Source of the DNA: Macrostomum lignano | Taxonomy: Eukaryota | Assembly: GCA_002269645.1 (NCBI GenBank) | Contig: NIVC01001140.1 | Location: 97,529 to 161,528 of the forward strand | Direction of reading: 5' to 3' | DNA length: 64,000 nucleotides | In this document: piece after piece, positions 55,751 through 64,000 of the stretch | Numbering within the stretch: the first letter of the stretch is position 1 | Layout: each line of letters begins with the position of its first letter | The notes under the pieces: model-generated | The model's database searches: none | What the model was told of the DNA's origin: nothing | The model's input: the letters and a program-made list of their open reading frames with translations, nothing else | Translations under genes and position numbers: made by a program

Positions 55751-56680
55751 TACCCCCCCCCCACGGGGGGTAGAGAGGACGGCGCACAAAGGCGGCACAA
55801 TGTACAGCGCGAGGGGTGGATGGCTAACACCCATTTCACTCCAGGCTCACAAAAGAGCCTAAGAGAAATGGAGGCAGCAATTGCTGCATTTTCAACCACG
55901 GGATGGCAACTTATCACTGACTGTGATGCCAATGACATTAAAATGGGCTGTATTCAGGAGGGCATTGTACCAAACGGGGATAGCCACATCCTGGACGTTG
56001 GCGTCAACCAGGGAAGTCATGGAATTCACTGCGTACTGACGGCTCGCTGCTTTAGTGCTGACGTCTCAAAGAAGATCTTTTGGGGAGCTTGCGTCTTAGT
56101 GAAAGCAGTGCGGTTCGTCCCATTTACCTCACAAACAGGGGCAATCCGTGTGAATTCACTTTTTATCTGACAGTAAAGTTTGTCAGCATTTAAATAGTTA
56201 AAGAGGTTTCTATCAAGTCGACTGTTTCAATGGCTGCAGGATCACTATGAGTCTTGGGTAACGAGGCGCCCAGGAAGCCTAAATGTGCCCAATTCAGCTA
56301 AAAGATCCTTCAACACTGTACAAACTGACAGACAGAACAGTGACTGTCTGAGTCTGAGTAGGGGAGTTGCCGGCATCTTGGCTCCCCACTAACTGCCTTC
56401 TAGAGGATGCCGGTGACCCTGAGATTTTGAAATTCTATTAACCAGCTGGAAGCAAGAAAAAAAAGAACTTATAAGTTAACACATTTGTCTGATTATTTTT
56501 TTCCTTTCAGCCGCTGACAAGCATCTGTGGTGCTGAATACTGTATTTTGCATATCTAAGTCTCTGTGCCCATCTGCATCCTGCGTGCGTTTTACCGCTAA
56601 AGCGTGCAGCTGGACGCTAAAACGAAATCAATCAAGTTGCCAAGTTGCATGTCTGGCATGAGCTCTTTAGTCTTCAGATT

Positions 56681-59600
56681 TCAGCCTCCAGTTTTCATCT
56701 TCTGGTACATCCGCTTGAATTCATCGCCAAAGCGCTTCCTCAGCTCAGGCCGCCGGGCTTTGAAGGTGGGCGTCAACAAGCCGTTTTCTATGCTGAAGGC
56801 TTCCGGGTGCAGAACAATGTCTTTCGCCTGTTTTGGAACGGATTTTAAGGTTTCAATGTTTTTAGAAGAACTTGGCAGCTTGAGTCAAGGCAGCTGATAC
56901 GAGTAAGCATTCACATGATAGCACCTTGGTTCAAAATTAATTCACTGCAAAGCCTATCATAATTCACAACAAGCCGATCCTGCCTGGATTAAGGATTCAG
57001 AGCGGGTCCGCTATCGAGAGGCCTAATCAAGTGGCTAAAATTGCAGAGGCTCTAACAGCCGCAGATTTCTGTGATAACAGCGGTATTTTGAAGGCTTTAA
57101 TTGAAAAAGACGAAAAAGTGCAACAGTTTCACACCTGTTCGAACGACTTTAGACCAGCCGCCTTCCCCGCCGCCAGCATCTCCTGCATCACTGCCTGCTT
57201 GAATTCCTCGCTGCCGCAGGCGGCTGTCATAGCAACTTCAGGCGAGCCCGCCGAGTCCTCGCGATGGCGATGCGCCCAGGCCTGTGCCGCTTCGGCACTG
57301 GGCACTACCACTGCCAGCGCGCAGCTCTCCAGACTGTCACCGTCAACGTACACCTGCTGGATGGTAGGACAGGTAGCGTACACCTGCTCGATCTTCTCGG
57401 GCGCCAGGTACTCGCCTTGCGCCAGTTTGAAGAGGTGCTTCTTGCGGTCGATAATTCTCAGCAGCCCGCCGGGCAGCCACTCGCCGATGTCGCCCGTGTG
57501 CAGCCAGCCAGCGCTGTCGATGGCCTCAGCCGTCTTGTCCGGCTGGGCGAAGTAACCGCTGGTAACGTTTGGCCCCCGGACGCAGACCTCACCACGGCCG
57601 TCCCGAGAGAAATAGTCCATCTCAGGGACGTCCTGCGCGGCAGGAAGGGGTGCGCTAAACGATGAAAAAACGATGAATCTTGTACATGTAGAGTGTTGAG
57701 CGACTGAATACACAATCGCCGAAGTAAACTGTTGGGAAAAATAAATGTGCATGCCTCCAGTCCACTACCAGCAGCCCCACCCAGAACCCGGATACCTGCA
57801 GCATGACGGCATTCTGAAACAGAGGCACGCCCACGTGGCCGGTCGAGACGCAGGTCGGCGGAGTGCAGGTGGAGCCGCCGGTGGCCTCAGACTGGCCGTA
57901 GCCCTCCATGACGGGGCAGCCGAAGGCAGCTCGTGCGAACCGCATGACGGACTCGGCGAGCGGCGCGGAACCCACAATGACGAGGCGGATGCGGCCCCCG
58001 GTGGGCTCGCGCACCTTGGAAAAGACCAGCGAGTCCCACATCGAGTCGTTGCGGATAACGCCGCGGTCAACCTCCTCTGTCTTCTTGCGCAGCGCCAGGT
58101 TGAAGATGAGCGACTTCAGGCAGCTGCCGGCCACGTTGGCGTGCGCCAGGTCGTAGATTCGGTTGAGCAGTCGCGGCACGGTGCAGAAGACGGTGGGCTG
58201 CAGCTCCCGCATGTCGGCTGTGAGGCCAGCGATGTCGCCGCGGAAGAAGCCGATCCGCATGCCCTGCATGAAGCAGAACAGCTGCATAATGCGCTCGAAG
58301 ATGTGCGCCAGCGGCAGGTAGCTCAGGTACACGTCGTCGTGGTGAGGCACAGGTGCGTGCTGGCAAAGGCAGTTTTTGCGCTATTTTGCTTTGAAGTCTC
58401 AGGCAATTTACGCTGTACCGCTTTGAATTCCAGTAGATAATGGAATTAAGATCAGATTTTAAGCTTGGTACAATTAGCGAATGGGCATCGGATTCCCTCC
58501 CGCAACAAGCTAAGCTGCAAGCAGGTTGGTCTGGGGACGGAAATTCTTTCTCTACCCACTGATACTGCAATTGCTCCGGGATACAGATACTGATACTGAT
58601 AACTCGTACTCGTACTAGCACTCATAGCACTCATGCTCATGCTCACCTGGCCTCCATGAGCCACCAAGAACTCGTGCATCCCGAGAACCTCTGCCACCAG
58701 ATTTCCGTGTGTGATTTGCACTCCCTTCGGTGGGCCTGAGGGGTGATGTTAGTATGATAATTAAGTTCGTCTGAAGTTAATTTCAATCCTCGCTGCGAGG
58801 GGAATAAGGAATGACTCAAAAAATGATTTTTTTGCCCTCTGATATTCTTGCGCTGCACTATCTACTCCAGACACTGATGTTACATTGTTAGGTGATGATG
58901 TGCATGCGCGAGATGCCTCAAGGGCTTATGAATGAAGTCTTGCAATGGCTGCAGAGAACAGAATGCAAGGAATAACCGCAGTATTCGTGGGACTTGAATT
59001 TGAAACTATCCTCTGGGAGCAGCAGAAAAGCCAATAGACAGCTTCCTTTGCAATTAAGTACGGTCAGTTAATCATACTTTGATCGCTTTTTCCGCCCACC
59101 TGTAGTTCCGCTGGTGTAGCAGAGAACAGCCAGGTCGGCCCTGCCCACCGGCTGCTCCTGCTGCTTTCCAGCCTGTGCCAGCCGCTCTTCCAGCTCTCGG
59201 CCGGTGCTCAGCACGTCCGACCAGCTCCAGACCTTGGGGCCTTCCGCGACTTCACTGTTGGCCACCTCGGCGAAGTCCAGCTGAATCAGGTGCTGGATCT
59301 GAGCGCCCGACTTGAGCCGAGTCAGTCCGGCTGCTTGAGCCCGGCCCTCGCACAGCATGACGGCCGCGCCAGTCTGCTTCAGCACGTAGTCGCAGGCCTC
59401 GTCGCCGAGCGTGTCATACAGTGGCACCGGCACGAGGCCCGTCATGAAGCAGCCGAGCTCCAGCGTCACCCACTCGGTCCGGTTCTTCGACCAGATTGCC
59501 ACGAAAGCGCCGCGTCGAAGATGCAGCTGCCCGGTGAGGAAGTGGCTCACGCAGCGGGCCTGCTGCAGCACCTGTAACCGGTGGGTAAACGGCTGTGTTG

Positions 59601-60117
59601 GCCTCTCTTACCTCAAAACCCGCATAGGTTTCTGAACAAGTCCAGTTGCTGGGGACTGACAAAACTTCCTTTGCTAGAGGCCACAAAACTCACTGTGCTC
59701 ACAGTTCCAGCTAGACTTTGTCTATAGTTTTAGCTATATCTATCCTCAAGATTCAACTATTGTATAAATCTGATCTACTGTCAGTGCTTGAAGCAGCACT
59801 ACAGCTTTCCGCCTCGCTGACTGCAAATCCCGACAAGCCCCTCATTAGCGGGAAACAGCGTATCAATTTTCTTGATGGCTGGCAAAAGTCCATTCGCTTA
59901 AATCGATTGGAATCCAAATATCAATCAAGCTAATGTTCCAATCAGGCCCCTTCTAAGCGCCTACCTCTCTATAGGACAGCCAGGTGTAGGGCGAGCGCTC
60001 GCCGTCTCGCCGTCCCAAGCAAGGCTGGGTGCAGGACACTCGCTCCCCGGTCAGGAAGAGGTCCAGCACGTTCTGGTGCGGGCTGCCGGCTAGCCTGCTG
60101 GAGAAGATCTCGTGTCT
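56681..60117 (-). CDS. Long-chain acyl-CoA synthetase (ACSL1/5/6-like); exons 60117-59965, 59571-59100, 58735-58647, 58359-57796, 57632-57135, 56827-56681; tentative 5' exons near 60332-60291 and 61240-61154
   Basis: VPLYDTLG, CYTSGTTG|GPPKGV (AMP-binding), YLSYLPLAHIFER, EGYGQSE, GWLHTGDIG, IIDRKKHLFKLAQGEYLAPEKIE and ENGLLTPTFK. All listed junctions are phase-compatible. Confidence 0.93.
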
Positions 60118-63100
60118 CTGCAAGCATGGGGGAGCACGTTCGTAGAGGTGCTAACAGTCTATTTTATATTTCAGCCTGTCAAGTTTACTCACTAACTCTG
60201 ACAGAACATAATGTGCTGTTTCCTCATCTACTGAATATTTGCATTTCGACGTTTTATAATTTCATTTTATTGACTTGATTTCTCCAGTACCTCCCGTAAA
60301 CTCGGCTGGATATCGATTTGACACGGCATAGACTTGAGTAAAGATACAGCTCCTTGGGTTCAAATAAGCTTGTGGACTTTGGGAATGTCACATTCACGCG
60401 ATTTACCCCAAACCGGGAACACCCCACTGCAGAAATGCAGAGAATGAGGGCAGAAATTTTGTTTTCACAGGCTGTCGAGAGGTCGGGGTTGCTTGGGTGA
60501 ATGGTCTGAATGCCAGAAAGAAGAGAGCATTATTTCTGGGACTGTACTCATGACAGGCAATCGCATGTCTTCTCCACTCTTGTGCCAGTACTACTCAGCA
60601 TCTCTTCGCTTAAGTTGGGTACCGCTGCCACAGAGAACTCATTTTTATCTCTTCTTGCAGCAGTTGCTTTCCCGCTGCTCTAGTGGCCTCTCTACCTGGG
60701 GCTTTCTCACGGAATCCTGCAGCTGCTGCAGCATGCTAGGCTCATGGCTCAAGGGCACGCAGGCATTAAAAATGTACTTTTATTGGTTGGCTCCAGCATC
60801 TCACATCAGAGCCCAGTTGAAATCCGAGGCAAACGGCAATAATGATGTGGAAAAGAGCCGCTTTGATCCGCCTCGCCAGGATTTCCCAGCCACTTCCTAC
60901 TTTTGCTGCCTTTTGTTGTCAGGTTTGCTTTTGTCTTTTGTATTTCTACTTTCGGGTGGTTAAAAGGTGGTTAACACGAAGTCCCTCCGGCTTACCAAAA
61001 CAGCAGAAAAAGCTCTTTCCTTTGCCTCTAAAGCACAGGGTTGCTATGGAAACAAGTTTTTTATTCGTGCCCAACAGCTCAAAGTGCGCCAACCTAAATG
61101 AAAGGAGCCAGAGAGATCCGTGTGGGAAATTTACAATCAGCTGAAATCCTTACTCGATCCTGATCCTCGGGTCGCGTACTTCTCAGAATCTCCGCCTCAT
61201 CATCAGTCAGCGATTGTGGCGCAACCTTGGCGTGAGCCATGCCGTGATGACGCCCTCAGGAGGCTGGTCTGAGCTTTGCTACCAGCCGCCTCTTTGTGCC
61301 TGAAAGGGGCCAGGCAGGGGCTGCTAAGTGCCTGGCGCTGACGGGGCTATGGGCTGATTCCGGCTCTCCTCATTCTTAATTTTCTTTTCTACCTGTTTTA
61401 TCCCACTCTGTCCCTCTCCTCCACTGGCTTTGCCAACTGGGCCAATGGGCTGGGCTGAGAGGCAGGCTGTGGACTAAGCGGGGTGAGAGAGGGCGGCAAA
61501 CACCCCAGTTAGTACAGTTACCAGCTCTAGCTGGCGGAATCGGAGTTAGCTGGTCAGGGGTGAGGACTGCGGTGCACTACGAGTGTACCTCGTATAGACA
61601 ATGCATTCTAGTGCTAATGCACATGAACCCCTCTGAACTGATGCAACATCCACTTTGCGAACTGAGGCAGCGATCGCAAGCTAAATGCATGTGGCGGTTG
61701 CTGCACGGTGATCGGTTGCAGCTGACCGAGGCCCATGGAGCCGCTCCGAAGCGTTTGAAAAACACCGAGAATGCAAGACAAACACTTTTGTGCTCACAGC
61801 TCACTGTCAAGAATGCGTCGGCAGTTTGCAGTGCAGTAGCTTCGCTGGTCAGGTCTCCCTGTGAAAGATTTTGACTAAATCGTTGGCCAAATCTCTCGGG
61901 TGAAATCCCTTGGAGCGAACACTGGCTATTGTTTCTCTTTTTGGACGTCTGTTTATTGCTCTCCTTCTCAACTGCAACTGGGTGAATCTATTTATAGCCA
62001 TGGCTCAGTTGTTTTGCTGCTCAGTCACGTGATGCCGCTTTCCGCTTGTTCCATGCAGCCGCTCATCAATTCAAGCAGCTCATTCAAGCAGCTCTTAACC
62101 CTCACAGCTTCGGCAGATTCCATTCAGAAGTGTCTTAAATCGCAACTTTCGGCTGCATTTTTCAAAACACTTTGTTAGCTGATAAGCACGCAAGCCAAGA
62201 TGAAATTTATACTCAGAGTCTATCCTCATATTGAATCGATTTCGGTTCTCTTGTAGCTGATTGCGAACTCGCATGGAATTGCACACGAGGGATGCTGTAT
62301 CAACCATGTTCTGCAAAACAAGATTTTGATTTTATTTTTTGTACTGAGAATAGACTTTCTTTACCCTTTGAAACAGGCCTATTCCAGGCTTAGCGGACGT
62401 AGGCTGGAGAAGACTCAAAAATTTTAAAAAATCAGTCCGGCGCTTAAATCTGACATCGGTTTCTCGTCTGGAGGCCGTGTCTTGCTATATAATACTTATA
62501 GTAGTAACCTAGCAGCCGATGAGACATTTGTGCTCAAATACTTGCAAATACAGTAAGTAATTTTTTCTTACAATGTTCTTCATAACTTAATTGATGCTTT
62601 TACATTCCGAGCTCAGCCAAGTGACCGACGTACTTTGAGGTCAGAAGCATTTTTGCGAGTTTTTCTTTCTAAACATTTTTGCAGTCCTGCTCCGCTCCTG
62701 TTACAGGGTGCGTCTATCTCAAACCCTTGCTCACTACTCTATTGTTAACAACTCTGTGAGACCCCATTCTCAATCTTAACAGAGCAAATGCACTCCCTTT
62801 TCGTGCTTGCTAAAAAAATCATTCGCTTGCTAGTGCAGCGTGAGAGGCCTGAGTTTGTTCAAAAATCTCGATTTAAGAGAATTTCTTGGAAAGTTGTTTT
62901 TTATCGTGATAAACCAATTACTGTGACATCAATTACTTCTAGATAGTTTTAGAATAAAAGTAAAATCAAGGAAAGTCGAAACAACAAAATAACAAAACCA
63001 ACGTGCACAGAAATCGTGTCAAATGACGTATTCTGTAGCTGAATTATTGTACCAGCCCTAAGTGGAATTTTTAGCCGCAGAGTTTTGTATCGTCTTCCCA

Positions 63101-63130
63101 CATGCCCCAGTCCGCGACGCGTCAATCGCT

Positions 63131-63909
63131 TCAGTCGAAACCGCCACCACCGTCCCAGCCGCCTCCGCCCCCACCACCGTCCCAGCCGCCTCCGCCCCCA
63201 CCACCGTCCCAGCCGCCTCCGCCTCCGCTATCGTCCCAGCCACCGCCGCCTCCACCATCACTCTGAAATAGAGGCAGAGTGCATTTGTCAGCGATGATTA
63301 GTTTATAGTAGCCTAATGAGGCATTGCTACATAGACAGTGCAAAAAATTAGTCTCAAGTGGTGGCCCCAGCTCACAAAGCCGCAGCTGCCGCCGTCATCA
63401 ATCTCCTAAAAATGGGTCGGAGGGAAAAAAACCGAGAGCTTATCATTATTATTGAATGGCATTGAAAGACAATAACAGTGGAATAGAGAAGCGAAACATG
63501 CTCAAAGCAGCTGGAATTCTCACTGGCACTCCATCACTGTCTGAAAGTTTTCAAATCAAAATTTAGTATCTGCCATTTTCATGTTCTGAATGTTTGAAAA
63601 CCAAGAATCTGAGCACAACTCACCTCCGCCGTGGCCTCTGACTCGAGGCTTGGGTCTGCGATCTGGAAAATAGCGGATTCAATAGGATAATCTTTTGGCA
63701 TCTTAGAAGTGAAAAGGCAAAAATATGTATTCCGCTGGGCGCACCTCTTTTCTTCTTCATCCTTTTCCTAGAGCGGCCTGAAAGAGAAAAGCAATGGGCA
63801 AGTGAGGAAAAGTGCTCACGGAGCAATAAGCTCCAGCAAAGTTGCCACAGCCAGATGGAAATCACGAACCCTTCTTGGCGCCAGAGAAGCTGCTGGGCGA
63901 GCAACCCAT
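63131..63909 (-). CDS. Possible small multi-exon gene ending in a Gly/Trp/Asp-rich exon (63262-63131)
   Basis: Acceptor ctctatttcag followed by SDGGGGGGWDDSGGGGGWDGGGGGGGWD...FD* (27-bp repeat). GT-AG micro-exon candidates lie near 63385-63415, 63622-63661 and 63743-63776, with a possible MGCSPSS start at 63909. The phases could not all be reconciled. Confidence 0.35.
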
Positions 63910-64000
63910 GGCCAGGTGAACGGAGAGTTTGAGTACTTAGAGGCACTGCAGTCTTTAGGTGTAAACTCTTAGCTGCTCCACTCCACCAAAGCTTCTGTTC

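Larger units (their letters stand above)
52183..55876 (-). mobile_element. Ngaro-type (DIRS-order) tyrosine-recombinase retrotransposon with split direct repeats A1-ORFs-B1-A2-B2
   Basis: A1 (about 55752-55876) matches A2 (about 52412-52536); B1 (52537-52630) matches B2 (52183-52276); B1 and A2 abut. Contains a gag remnant, RT/RNase H and YR, with no methyltransferase domain seen. Confidence 0.92.

Noticed and set aside
51944-56170. Host gene interrupted by the Ngaro insertion
   Set aside because: Rejoining the flanks gives short open frames but no recognisable protein or clear splice structure.

Overview
Eukaryotic (invertebrate animal) genomic DNA with GC-rich exons, GT-AG introns and AT-rich, repeat-rich intergenic tracts. 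The style resembles a lophotrochozoan such as the flatworm Macrostomum, but the species cannot be confirmed from sequence alone. Host genes: PAQR3-like (minus, runs off the left edge), an intronless clan-2 cytochrome P450, an EF-hand/calmodulin-like gene, SSUH2-like, ZER1-like, an ankyrin-repeat protein carrying two intact-looking kinase domains, and a long-chain acyl-CoA synthetase, plus two doubtful small ORFs. Mobile DNA: a tRNA-derived CORE-like SINE, a Merlin deletion derivative (8-bp TSD), an 8.2-kb Gypsy element (4-bp TSD, truncated 3' LTR), a decayed second Gypsy, a 1.1-kb TRIM-like LTR element, a Foldback/MULE-like element (9-bp TSD), an hAT MITE (8-bp TSD) and an Ngaro-type tyrosine-recombinase retrotransposon with split direct repeats. 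Several mini/microsatellites are present, some filling nearly whole introns. The most unusual observations are a tandem array of tRNA-Leu primer-binding sites built into the Gypsy LTR, a dense NF-kB/MEF2/CRE/AP-1/Fox site cluster in that LTR, and the ankyrin + tandem-kinase architecture. All coordinates and splice models were read by eye and need computational confirmation.
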